The position numbers were made by a program, and so were the translations under genes. From Kudoa neothunni (taxonomy: Eukaryota; Animalia; Cnidaria), in the NCBI GenBank assembly GCA_964304625.1, contig OZ199839.1, positions 4,139,092-4,203,091 of the forward strand: a stretch of 64,000 bases of DNA, given 5' to 3'. Each line of letters starts with the position of its first letter. The first letter of the stretch is position 1. This document shows, in pieces, positions 25,001 through 37,442 of this stretch. The notes under the pieces were generated by a model that ran no database searches, had not been told where the DNA came from, and saw nothing but the letters and a program-made list of their open reading frames with translations.

Positions 25001-28000
25001 ATAAAATCACAAAAACTCCCAAATCCAGATACTCTGCCTGGGATTGTGCTTCTAGTAGTTACTCGAAAACTTGCATCCCTGAAAGTACTGCCCGAGGACC
25101 TAATGAGCCAACCATAACCGTCTCCGAAAAAAATTACAATCCTACATTTTTCAACTCTATCGATTCCTTAACTACAATGTATGATTCTTACTGTGTGGGA
25201 TGTGTTTATTCCTTTTTAGATCCAGTCACGACCGTTTACGGGCCTATATAGATAATTTATTTGTGCCCAACTACGTCGTCAACTATAGAGGTCATCACAA
25301 TTCCCGCACGATGGTATCAATCCGATGATTTATAACTACCCTCTAATTGCGACATGCCTTAGATTAAAGAATGCAATTTCTACGGAGACGATTATGTGAT
25401 GAGTGGTAGTGATGATGGAAATGTGTTTATATGGGACAAATGGTCCAGCCAATTGGTTAATGTTTTCAATGCTGACAATAGTGTGGTAAATTGCCTTCAG
25501 CCACATCCAGTAGATTCAGGTACGTATTCGCAGCTCCTCAGGTTTTCCATATCTAATAATTAAATAAATTTTGAAAATTGTCTTAACTCTTGATTTAATG
25601 AGAAAATCAATTCTTCGGTAAACCTTTGGTTAGAATCCTACGATTTTACTATTTAATTAGACAAAAATAGTTTCGGGCGGAATATTAATTTTTTGAGAGA
25701 ACCTGCTAAGAAAATAATATAAATGTCAATTTATTTTTAAAAACTTTGTTAGCAGATTTTACTTTATATTCCGCACTTCTGTTAGATTTGAATTTAAAGA
25801 AAAGTTTTGTTTGTTTGTTTGTTAAATTTATGTCGTTTTGCAGGTTGATAAAAAGTTTTATAATAATTGGAAGCTGTATTTTTTGTAGAATTATACATTC
25901 CAAGTTATTTTTCTTACTTTGTCCTGTTAACTAATTATTTGTTAGAATTTTCAGCATGGACTAGGAACTTGAAATGATAAATTAAACTTTTTGTTATGTT
26001 ATTAATTGACAATTTTTTTTATTTACATCATCTTAGTATACCCATCAAAATCGAATACTTTCAGGATAAAATAGAATCCATATAGGTTTCAGATTTTTGG
26101 GTTATTCTTTTATTTGGAGTATATTTTCTATTTATTATAAAAATTTCGGGGAGAAAATCAGAGCATTTTATCGTTAATTAAACGCTTTATAGTTTGTATA
26201 TGTACGCATATATGAACAAAGTGTCCATTTTAAATTCAAAGGCTTAGCTTAATCTTTAATATGCCTGACTTTGATCGTCTTGTGAAGGTATCAAAAACAT
26301 GCGATATAATAGATAATTATTTTTTAAAAAATAAAAGTTTTGATTTGTTAAATTGATGAATATATCTAATATAAATAAAAGTGTGTGTCTGAAAGCAGTT
26401 TATTTGTAATAAAAGTACTATGATTTACAATTATCCAATCACATCAAATATTCTTTAATTATGAATCTAACGTTTGTTTTGATAATGGTTAATATTATAT
26501 TTAAAGAATCGCTTCAAAAATTATATTACATTGTGTCATATTAATGTTAAAAACTCAAATAGGCATGCGATAAAAACATTTTACAGTATAGATTCTTTTT
26601 TACATAAACAACCATACTGTAGAATAAAATCATCATATTCCCATTGTTTTCACAGTTTTTTGCTTTAATCAAACTCAACAAATTTTTATTATTATTATTA
26701 TTAATGAGTGAACTTTTCATAATGAGTTAAAAATAATCATTAGATTATTTTAAGTATAAAAGCTTTAGTGTATCATCGTCATTGATGCCAACTAACACTA
26801 TCATCACTACTAAAAAAATTCATACTCATCCGAACCATGTAGACTTTTACAAGTTCGCAAACTTAAATGAGAAACATTGATTAGATTTGTTAATTTTTAT
26901 AAAACTGGAAAAGTAGAATAATTTTTTATAAATATCTAAAAAATTAATGAAAAATCTAACGACAAAGTAAACCTCATTTTACTTAGAGGATTAAGTTTTT
27001 TGCAAAAAGATGCCGGTCAATTAAAGAAATGCTTATATTGTATTGTGTTTTCATACCTGTACATAATCAGCGTTAAGTTTTTAATTTTCAAAATTATACA
27101 AATTAGCAGAAAGGCTCATGGGAGTTAGAGTTTGGCGAAAAGTATTAAATTCCCCTCAATATTGTTGATAGCTTATTGGATTCAATTTGGTTTCTGTTTT
27201 AGACGATTTTCTCTCGTTTAATTTTGATTAAAGAACTATAATAACTTGGAGGGGAATTTGTGAAAATATATGAGGTGATCCAGTTCTACGTTTGTATGGA
27301 TTTAAGTTATTTTTAACGAGTAAAAATTGAAACAGACACAAATATGGATATTTAGATCAAATTTTATTTACCTTCGATTAACTTTTAAGATCCTATGGAA
27401 TGAGTGAACTTGATTTGGGGGTGTTAGCTTTATACTTTTAAAGAATAGATTTCACGTTTTTAATGAAATCGACAGAATATTTAACTGAAAAATATAATTT
27501 CAATTTTTGATAATTATTTAGTGATTGCTTGCAGCGGCATAGATCCCACCATCAAAATTATTGCTCCCATCAGAAGAACCGCTATCCCTATTAGAGATAT
27601 CAATTCTGTATATATTTGATATATTGAAAGCGTTCGTGAGAATAAACTCAAATTTTTATATCTTTTATGTAGATTGTTTCGCTGAATCAACAAAATCTTC
27701 GTATGACCAATAACTATTATTTTGACGCTACACCCACTATGATATTTCATGTATTGCTGGCACTGGAAAGAATACAGCGTACTCTGGAATGTTGCTATGC
27801 ACTACATTGTTTTACTCTGTTGTAGGTAATCGCGGTGATGATGCCACCAATCCAAACGACTCATCAAATCCTGATACTTTGAGAGATGTGGATCCAGTAC
27901 AAACGGCCAGGGAGGGATTTCGTAGAGCTACAAGACTTCGTAATACAGGTTTTCCTAACCTTCGCCGAGGAAGGGTTCCCAGTCGACATTCCACAGAGGA

Positions 28001-28148
28001 TAACGTCGAACTCACTTCACACCACGATGTTGATCTGGATAATTTTTTTGAGTCAGACGTCTATGACGATGATGACGACGAAGAATACTCTATGGATTCG
28101 TCGTCCAACTCTCAGTCCTCAACAACTCCCTCATCTGTTGATGATTGA
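19027..28148 (+). CDS. DCAF6: DDB1- and CUL4-associated factor 6-like WD40 protein, about 20 exons
   Basis: Spliced translation GHSGC|VNTVHWNKSGTILLSGSDD, SGHRANIFNAKFIP, CSCSGDG, FLSCGEDGTVRYFDLRTTSSC, VVGCDDSTIRAYDRR, a long low-complexity middle, YRGHHNSRTM|IKECNFYGDDYVMSGSDDGNVFIWD..ADNSVVNCLQPHP, IACSGIDPTIKI. Start codon uncertain; upstream exons near 18700-18930 are possible. Confidence 0.9.
19838..21209. mobile_element. Non-autonomous Tc1/mariner-pogo-type element in a DCAF6 intron
   Basis: TA-flanked imperfect TIRs: CAGTAGATAACCAATTTTA versus reverse complement CAGTAAGTAATCGATTTTA. Confidence 0.55.
22522..22878. mobile_element. Buster/Charlie-type hAT MITE in a DCAF6 intron
   Basis: TIR CAGTAATTTTCAACC / GGTTGAGGACCTCTG; TSD GTTTAGAG / GTCTAGAG (7/8). 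Confidence 0.75.
22887..23113. mobile_element. Second Buster/Charlie-type hAT MITE, abutting the first
   Basis: Degenerate TIR CTTTATTTCCCAACC / GGCTGGATAACATTG; typical GGGGGTCCACGAACCCCAGG subterminal; flanks GTCTAGAG / GCCTAGAA. Confidence 0.65.
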
Positions 28149-28979
28149 TGCTTGACCAGATGTCATTCCTTCGGTCGACACCCTTTGTATTGCACATATT
28201 CATTTTTAACCTTGAATTTATACATTCATACACTCTGTCGTCAATTGCAACTCAACAGCTACACCATTGCAACATTCTTTTCATTCATAAATCTAATAAA
28301 GCTCAACTTGATGGCTTGGTGACTATTCGACGACTTATAAATGATGGTAGAGAGTTTTGGTGATTGGTGGCTTCTTTTTGTCTGTTTTTCATAGTTTTGT
28401 CTGTTCTCAAACTACTCGCATTAACATCAAAACATAAGAAAACTTTTTTTCTGTATTTTTACAAAGTTTTGTTTTTAATCCTCATTTGTTCTTTAAATGA
28501 ATTGCTATTATTGTTGTCGTTGTGAAAAGGTGTCAGGAGTTTTAAATATATTTGCCACATTCTTTTGGAAGGCGTTAAAATTTACTGTACATGTTGTGTT
28601 TGTTTGATGAAACGTCTATTCGTCTTGTGTAGAATAATTCGTAAGATCTACAATAGGAGGATTTAGTGAGAAACCCGATTACGAGTTTATCCCTTGATTC
28701 CTTAATACCGTTGGAATTCCCCAGTCTCACAGCGATAGGCAGAACATTAATTAGTTTGACGTGTTGTTGTGACTGGCGTTTTTTGTTAAATTTTTGTAGT
28801 GTGTATATCACTGGGTATTTTGGTGGTTTCTTAGTTGAGATTGATTATTTTCCTAGGAATCAGACATTGTTGTGGTTGTCAGCGAATCATTAAAATCAGA
28901 TTTAGTGTTATTGGATCGCTGGTTTAAGACCGAATTTTGTTCAGAATCGCACTGACGATTATCTGTGATAGCGTGGAGA

Positions 28980-29912
28980 ATGGAACAATTATTGAAGGAT
29001 GCACTTGACAATCCATCACAAATTACTACTGTTCTAAATAGTTCCACCACCTTCAACGACGGTCCCTTGCTACAATTCTTGAAAACTTTTGTGTCATGTG
29101 CTGTGCTTATAATATTCTCTGAGTTGGGGGACAAGACCTTTTTCATTGTGGTCATTCTGTCTGCAAAGCATCATAAATATAATGTTTTTGTTGGCTCTTT
29201 TTGTGCTCTGATTACCATGACAATACTGAGCGTGATGATGGGGTTCGCTTTTTTGCATTTTGCCTCGCCAACCATTATACGACTGATAACTTTTTGTATC
29301 TATGCTATATGTGGCTGTTATATTCTTTACGATTCCTATAACACGGATGAATGCTCTTCAAACTCCAGCGTCTACAAAGAAGCCTCTAATGATATCGATA
29401 ATATTGGATCGAAAGTAAACCAGATAGTTTGCTGGTAGGTATGTGAACTAATTTTTAGATTCACATGGACGAAATACCAACTTTGATGATTGATAGGAAA
29501 AAATGTTTACCATTTGAAAAGTTTTATACTATTTTAAGAATTATTTTCAAAATAACTACAAGATATCTTAGTCCTGTACTGTTACAGGCTTACTTTTTAG
29601 TCTTCCTAGCTGAATGGGGCGATCGATCGCAGATTGCTACAGTTTTCATGGCTCGAAATCATGTAATCTCAATCGACGTCTCTGTGTTAAATATTATCCT
29701 GTGTAGATCTTTTCCGCAATTAGTGGCGCCATTTTTGGTCATCTACTATGTACAATTTGTGCTCTAATGTGTGGTTGGATGGCGTCCAGTGTATCTATAC
29801 GAAAAAGTAAAGATTGTTGTTACTTAACTACTATGTTTTTTCTTGATTATTTTTAGTTAACATCGTTTCCGGAATAATCTTTATTTTATTCGCACTGCAT
29901 AGTCTTTATTAA
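28980..29912 (+). CDS. TMEM165: TMEM165/GDT1 (UPF0016) Golgi Ca2+/Mn2+ antiporter, 4 exons
   Basis: Both family motifs SELGDKTFF and FLAEWGDRSQIAT, then GAIFGHLLCTICA. Three GT-AG introns near 29416, 29663 and 29807; TAA at 29910-29912. Confidence 0.95.
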
Positions 29913-30506
29913 CAGTACAACAATAGTAGAATAATTATTGTTGCTACCTGTTCATGTAATTTATCATATTTGATAGATTTTTTTGTTGCATATTCACATA
30001 ACCTTTCAATTAATTGTTATTTTGAATTTTGAATGAACGGAAATAAAATATTATTCAAACAAAGGAAGCATCTGATTTACCTGTAGAAATATCTCAAATA
30101 TTACAGCAATAATATTGTTAAGTTTATTAAATGATATTTAACGTGTTTATTGCAATTATTTAACATAGAAAAATAAGTTTTATTGTATTATAATATTGAT
30201 GACAAGTATTTCAAAGATATTTATTATATAGGATCCATTGGAATACATTTTATTTTTATCATATTAATGTTGGGAAACCAAATGCTTAGAACATGAAGTA
30301 CTGACGTGATTAATTATTATATTAGAATCATCATCAATTTCTTTCCGCTACATAAATTTTTATCCAAAATAGTTTGCATTAATTTTTTAACTTCACTCAA
30401 TTATCTGTAAAGCTCAGATTATCTTTAAATATGAATTCTAGTGACTTACTGAGATTCCTTATTAGATACCAACAAATTCATGACAGATATCCTTTAGCTT
30501 ATTTAA

Positions 30507-33500
30507 CCCTTTCACGTTCTTTTTTTTGTTTTTCTTAAAATATATATATATATATATATTATTAATGGGATATTTATTATTAAAAACTTTAAATTTTAAT
30601 TTTAAAGGATAATTTTATCATGCGGATTTTCTAAATTTTGTGCAGGTGCATTTAAATGCATACTGGGATTAAATGGTAAAAAAGTTGAAAATGAATAAAA
30701 GTTTCAAACCAACTATTCTAACTTTAGATTTAAAAAATAATCATTTTAAATTTCACAATTCAAAAAAAATTGTCAACAATGACTCAAAAGCATGTCTCCC
30801 ATTAACCATTTCCAAATTTGTTTCATTAGTATTATTAATAATATATAAATAGATTTGTGATACAAAAATGATGCAATTTTTTTGTTATAAATTTTTTTTA
30901 ACAAGTATTGGTTTGGCTTATTTAATTTCACTGATATTAGAAGACAACATGACATAATAATTTGCAAGAAAATAACACACAATATAATGAAACGTACTGA
31001 ACAATTCAATCTAATTAATTTAATTTGTGATGAAATTCGTAGAAACAATTCCTTTCTTTAACCAGAAAGCAGCCCCATTTGCATTTAATTCATTTGATTT
31101 GCGTGACCTTTTGGCAAAGTTTGCATCTATCGCGTGTGGGCGTGACTCAGGGGAATGCCCATCATTATCGGATCGGATATCGTCAGAAAGAGAGCAAGAC
31201 AATTTTTCGGCTTATTGAATTTTCCAGTTTATTATCTACCGATAATGATGGTCACCTGTGCCTTAACTTTAAGTTTTTTTTCTTTTTAACAAATATTAAA
31301 GTCTCACATACCGAACAGGTGAAATTCAGTAAACTTAATACAGAGTATTGGCGCAAGTGCGCTATGTACAAAAAACATAAATTTATTGGGGTTTAAAATA
31401 ATCGGTAATTTCGATTCGTTTGCATTATTATCGGGTTATTTCAGACATGGACTCCATAACTATGTGTTTTGAAAACAATGGTGTTGAGTTTTCTAACAAA
31501 AATTTTCTGATTAAATTAATTGATTGTTTGAGTTCCGAAGTTGACACAAGCGCTTCAGGTAAAGCTATTGATTCCTCATGTATTTTCTTTCCCTCTTCTT
31601 CAATATTGTTGGTTTCGCCATACGTTTATCTAAAAATTAAAGTTTATAAACAATTAAATAATTTGACGAAATTCTCAACATTATTTTTATAAAAATCTTG
31701 AGATAAGTTTCATTATCTATTCATTAATATTTAAATTGGTGTATTGTACTATCAAAGTACAATGTTCAAAAAGTCTAGATTTTCTAAATCAATTTTGAAT
31801 TATAGTCGATGATACGTTTTCCCATGCATGATTTAAAATTTTAATAAAACCAAAATGATATACTTAATTAAATTTGAATTATCCATATTTATTACGTTGT
31901 ACTCTTCGTATCGTAGTGAAATTTTTTTTAAATTAATTCCAAAAATATTTTTAAATTCTACGAACCAACCATTATTACCAGTAAATTTGTCAATACCTAT
32001 GGATTTAACGATACTTTTTGTCTTTTCAATAATGAAGTAAGCAGAAATTACCTTTTTTTCATTTCGCATTTTAGTTATTCGTGTATAGAATAAATTAATT
32101 AACTCCGCGTACTTGTCTTCGTTTATTCTTTTGTTTGTAGCCGAAAAAATAAAATTAATAATATCATTTTGAGAAGCTAAAATTCTATTAACAGTAGAAT
32201 GTCTTGAAAATATATTATATTGGGATTGGATAATTTTATATTATTAGATGGCTTGGGAAGTTTAAAAGTCATTCCTTTTTCTCCTTTGAGTGATTTAATC
32301 GAATTATAGTATTCGATTATTTTAACTTTTCCAGCCATTGTTCGCAGATTCCTTATCATTTTTGTTTCACAGAATTCAAATAGAAGATTAGTTGAGGGTT
32401 AAACTGAACAAAATGTTACGCAGTAGCGAGATTTTAGTTTTAGCACACTGACTTAAATTTATACGTCTTTAATAAAAACTTTTGATCTTCGCTTGCTCAG
32501 TTAACATTAATTTAAATAATATAAAAGAAAAGTTTGGGTAAAAAGTTTAAAATATCCTTTATATTTAAAAGAACTTGTGAAATTACGCAATACCAAGGTT
32601 CGACTGTATTTCGCTCTCTTTTATTTTTATTGATTTACTATTTCTCTGTATAATAGCCAAGAGTCACCATAGCTTTATTTATTCCCCAATAAAATATCTT
32701 CAAGTTAACATTTTAAGCCACCATTTTGCAGGTTTTCTAGACTCAGGTTGCTTTGAACATCGCCCACCCTTAAATATCATCTGTTCATCTACATATAACT
32801 TCCTTTCGGTTAAATCTTTAAGCAACTTGAACTTAAATGATCTAAAAATTGTCTTATTTTCGAAAATATACCAAAATCAGGGTTGGATTGTTTCGTTATT
32901 GTTTTTGAATTGACAAAATTTTCAAATCAACTCAAATCTACAGCGTGTGAACACGTTTGCAATTGGCTCAAATTTAAAACATGTTTGCGAATAACAACGA
33001 TATCTAGGCATCCTTATTACATCCATTAAGATGAGGACCTCAATATACTTTTCTATTTCATCATTATCGATTTGGAAACATGAGTTAGACTGTCTGGAAT
33101 AAAGGTTTGCCTAAACATCAAATCTACGAAAGATTCATTGATAAATTGGTTGAAGTAATCGATAGGAGTTAAAATCCCATTTATTTCTTCCAAATAACAC
33201 TCTGAATTCTCAAAATCAATAACATCATCTAACAAAATTTTCTCTATATTCCAATTAAATTTGAAGTTCGAGTTGCATTTTTCTTCGTCGGTAGCCTCCT
33301 TATGGTTTTTAGAGTAGTCATTGAATTTTTCGAAATTATAGATATTTTCTTTTTTTAACATATCTCGGGTTCTGGAATATCTCCATCGGACAGAAAAACT
33401 ATTTTTTAATAAATTTTTCCACTTTTCGCAGATATGTCCGAAATATCGTATGAGTATCTCCAACACGGCTGTGCCACGAGATCACAATGTGAATTTAAAT

Positions 33501-33855
33501 GCACAGGCTACAATACTCAAATAACTATTTATTATTATAAATTTTTTTCAAAAATACTCATATATTTTATTATTTGTTATGAACAATTCGTATTATTTTT
33601 TTAATTGATATTGATAATTAACACTGATCAGTTTCAAGAGTGTAATCTTTCACGTTTGGAACATGCTCAATATATAGATGAAAAACATAACAATTTTTTT
33701 AAATTTTCAAGGAGAATTATTCATACTTTAAAAAAGAGAAGAAAATTAGATATCTCTTATGATGAATAAAATGTGTTGTATGAAACAATAGTTAAGTGTA
33801 TTAAAAGATTATGTTTTTCTTATGTGCATTCAAATGCGCACTGAACGCGAAAGGG
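30507..33855 (-). mobile_element. Full-length decayed piggyBac transposon with a nested Tigger insertion
   Basis: TTAA TSDs at 30503-30506 and 33856-33859; TIR CCCTTTC(A/G)CGTTC (12/13); internal TGCATTTAAATGCA-type palindromes near both ends. Fragments TPIDYFNQFINESFVDLM, MPRYRCY, YVDEQMI, DIRSDNDGHSP. Confidence 0.9.
31800..32606 (-). mobile_element. Tigger/pogo remnant nested in the piggyBac
   Basis: One TIR (TA)CAGTCGAACCTTGGTATTGCG on the minus strand at 32606. HTH fragments KVKIIEYY and ISAYFIIEKTKSIVKSIGIDKFTGNNGWFVEFKNIFGI (CENP-B HTH). Other end not located. Confidence 0.85.
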
Positions 33856-35453
33856 TTAATACTTTGTGCATGTTATACCTGGGTAGAATCAGTTATGATA
33901 AAGACATTTAAAAATGAACGCTAAAATAAATCACCATACTATAATATATTACCACTAAAAAAGTAATTATGAAAAATTGTTGCAGGTTTTCTGTAAAAAT
34001 GTTATCAAACAATATGTAAAACGATGGAGCAGAATGGTCTAATTATAAAAGAAATGTGCTTATCTTACTGAAAAAATATGATATTCTGGTTGATATATTT
34101 TAATCTTCTATTGATTATAGATAAAATTTGGATTTTTACCGAAACCTCAAGGAACGTAGAAATAATATGATCTTGTTAAAGTCCTTTGGTTACTATAAAA
34201 TAATTTAATTTCACAAATTACTGATAATATTGTCTCGTTGATAAAATTTGTTGTAAATATATTTTTTACTTAATGATTCTATGTCGAAATCAGATTAGAC
34301 TGAATGGGATGGACTCATTACTAACGAGCTGTTTGTTTATAGGGGTAGGAACCTACATATGAGGATGCGCAAGTTGACCGGCGAAAAAATTTACTCGGAC
34401 CAGGTATTTTATCGTGTTATCTCCTGATGAATGTCAAATTTATTTTTGAGAATTATATGATCCATAAAATATCGAGGATTCTAAATTACATTATATTTTC
34501 TTATTTCGGCAGTTTTTAACGACCATAAACATTTAACAATATAATTATCGTTTTTGAGATAATTTGGTCCTAATATTATTTTAGGGCAAATTTAATATTT
34601 TCCCGTAAATAACATGAGTTTGAATAAAACAATTAATTAGTTGTATAATAGCCATTACTTTAATCATTGGAGGACGATTCACCCGAAAATCACGAAGGGC
34701 AGAGTGGGGTCCGAATGGACCTTGAAAACTTTGGCTCATCTTTAGAATTTCTCTTCAAAAATGGCGCATTCGTAACCAGCACGCATTTAAATATTATGTT
34801 AGTCAACAAATATAAAAGGCTTAGAAATTATTGAAAACCACAATAAATCCATTCGATAATCATGAATATTCAGTGTTGATGAAGGTTTTGAATATATAAA
34901 TAATAGAATTTCTCACACATATTGATGCGAAAATATTATAAAATGTGTTACTTTAACATTTAAAAGGGTTCTTGAGGTGAAGATAAGAAAAACTTAACAG
35001 CTGATCCTGACACGGACACTCGGAAATAGCTCGCAATCTCGCCTCATATAATAGATTAACTTCGCGCCACAATTAATCTCATCATTACACTTTGCAATGT
35101 CTTCCTAAATAAAATTACTAAGAATCTTATCACGTTAATTTCAAATTTGTTGTTCTTAAATTTTTGTATTATCGCAACAATAATTTTGTTATTGCATATT
35201 AATTATGTTTTAATGTTATGAGCTGAAATGCGTTGAAACTAAACAGACTTAAAAATCAAACAGTACAAACAAAAATAAAAAAATTTATAGAAATTTAATT
35301 AAGGAATTATTGTTGTTACTATGTCTATTTATATAAAATATAAATATATCGATAATAAGTAATTAGTGTTTATACCGCAATAAATTGTACATTCGTTTAC
35401 GCAAATTAATGTTAAATCAAAAATTTCTAAATATTTTGAGATTGCATCATTAA

Positions 35454-35653
35454 CCCCTGATAGATCATCGTATAGCGCTCTCGTATATGGTCATTATTAA
35501 GGGTTTATACGCCAATTAACCATTTTTATGATATTAATTCAAACAAAATAAATTTTAATAATTTATGTATGAAATTTCAAACAAAAATATTTAAATTCGA
35601 GAAATGTTTTAATCGCACCGTGGCTCCACTAGCCCAACGTGGTCTATTAAGGG
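35454..35653. mobile_element. piggyBac-type MITE, about 200 bp
   Basis: TTAA+CCCCTGATAGATCA ... TGGTCTATTAAGGG+TTAG. Confidence 0.6.
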
Positions 35654-35799
35654 TTAGAGAGGTTCGAATCACGCTGGAAAATCGCAAAGTAGGCATTAAA
35701 ATGATATGAGTAAATTTCATTAGAAAATAGGATAACGATTTTTATTACTCTTATTTCCAATTTTTCGATTACTAACATTTCAAATTAAGCGTTTAAGCC

Positions 35800-36950
35800 A
35801 AAAAAGGATTGGTTGAATCTTGCCTAAAATGTACTTGGAACATTTCAACTTAGTTTATAGTAACGTGGATGTTCTGTCGTATGCGATTAAATACTTACCG
35901 TAAAATTGTTGGATATTTCACAAAATTCATAATTTTTACAAAATAGCAAATGAATTCGGATAAATAAATTTTTTTATACCTATCATGATTTTTTGTAACT
36001 TTACAAATGTGACTTTATTTTGAGGGACGAATGCCGATGAAATGAGACACTAAAAGTGTGAAGTTTGGATCATTCGTATAACGCTTAGTCAAATTCAACT
36101 TATGTACTTTACGCTAAGTATATTGACCTCGGTGGAATAAGAAAAGTATTTTTGACTCTGTTCAGACACATTTTTGAATGAATTGTACGTGTTAATTCCA
36201 AAATCCACATTTACGTATTTGGACATTAAACATTGGAGATTTTCTTAATGTCTCTAACATGGCATTGCAGTTATCATGAGTTTACGGCTCATCAAAATAT
36301 AGATAAAATGGAAAGCTTTACGAAATAATCACTATGTATTACAAATTATTACAAATAACTAGAAAACCGGTTTTAGTACATAATTGAAAGAGTCCTCAGA
36401 TATACAAATAAATGAGTTTTTCGAATGCAGGATATTAATGTTGGCCGGAAAAAATATCATTCTTTCGGAGATATATTTCCAAAATCGAACTTACAAAATA
36501 ATCCACCTCTAAAAGTTTTAATACCCGACTTCGATATATCAATTTAATAATTGATAGATAAATTATTTTGTTCTAACAACTCTAATGTTTTTGTATACAG
36601 ACTGGAAGTAATTGGCATTTCATTGACACAAATTTTGGAAGTTCTCCCCGAAAGACCTTCCTCAGCTAATATTTTATAGTTTAGGTCCGCTTGTAACCAA
36701 CCCCATCGTTAAAAATTTCTGTATTTATATTAATTTATATTACACTCTGTAACAAAGTGATTATAACAGCTTTTATCACTGAAAAAATATTATGCAAAAA
36801 GTAATAATAAGACGTTCTTATAAGTACGTGTTTCAAATCTCCGACGTTGACATGAATTAATTGTGATCATTTACATAAAAAAGCCATTATACAATAATTT
36901 GTCCCCCTTCTTTACCTTTCTACGATGATATAATTTTCATGGATTTTTTC
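35800..36950 (-). mobile_element. Decayed Mutator (FLYWCH-MULE) transposase remnant
   Basis: Minus-strand fragments KKGDKLLYNGFF (FLYWCH start), VNVDFGINTYNSFKNV and LTKRYTNDPNFTLLV..SAFVP match the MULE pattern 'DFE.a..nA.k.vF..gL.k.Y..d..f..laLafvP'. Boundaries approximate. Confidence 0.6.
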
Positions 36951-37442
36951 TCCATCCATCATAAATAACCAAATACTGTTTAAAATAAATGATCATAAAA
37001 ACTTAATATTTCCCAATAATGTCTGCAAGAAAATATCAGTGTTTGCTCATTATAGTTTCAGCGAGTAATAGCTGTCCTGAAAAATGACCAACGTATATAT
37101 TTAAACTATTAAAAATAAAAGATTATTAATATTTTTGTTACTTTAGCCAGCAACAAAATTTCCGTTTAAAATATAACCAGTTATATGTACAATTAAATCA
37201 ATTATAAGATTAATAATTCTTCTAAAGTTTTTATACTTCTCGATCTTGTATCTACGCATGTTTTCATGCCTTATAACCATAAAAGTACTACCACCTCAAG
37301 TTTAGAAATATTAATACAAATTAATGAGCATCAGGCCTAGGATGCATAACAACTATAACTCTATAAAAATGTGAGACACTTTATAGGGTAGAAAATTAGT
37401 AAAAGAATATTTTATTAAGAATTAAAATTAAGGAATAATTGT

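Noticed and set aside
35622-35682. tRNA-like string with A-box-like TAGCCCAACGTGG and B-box-like GGTTCGAATC
   Set aside because: No anticodon arm, the T-stem does not pair, box spacing is short, and it straddles the end of a piggyBac-type MITE.
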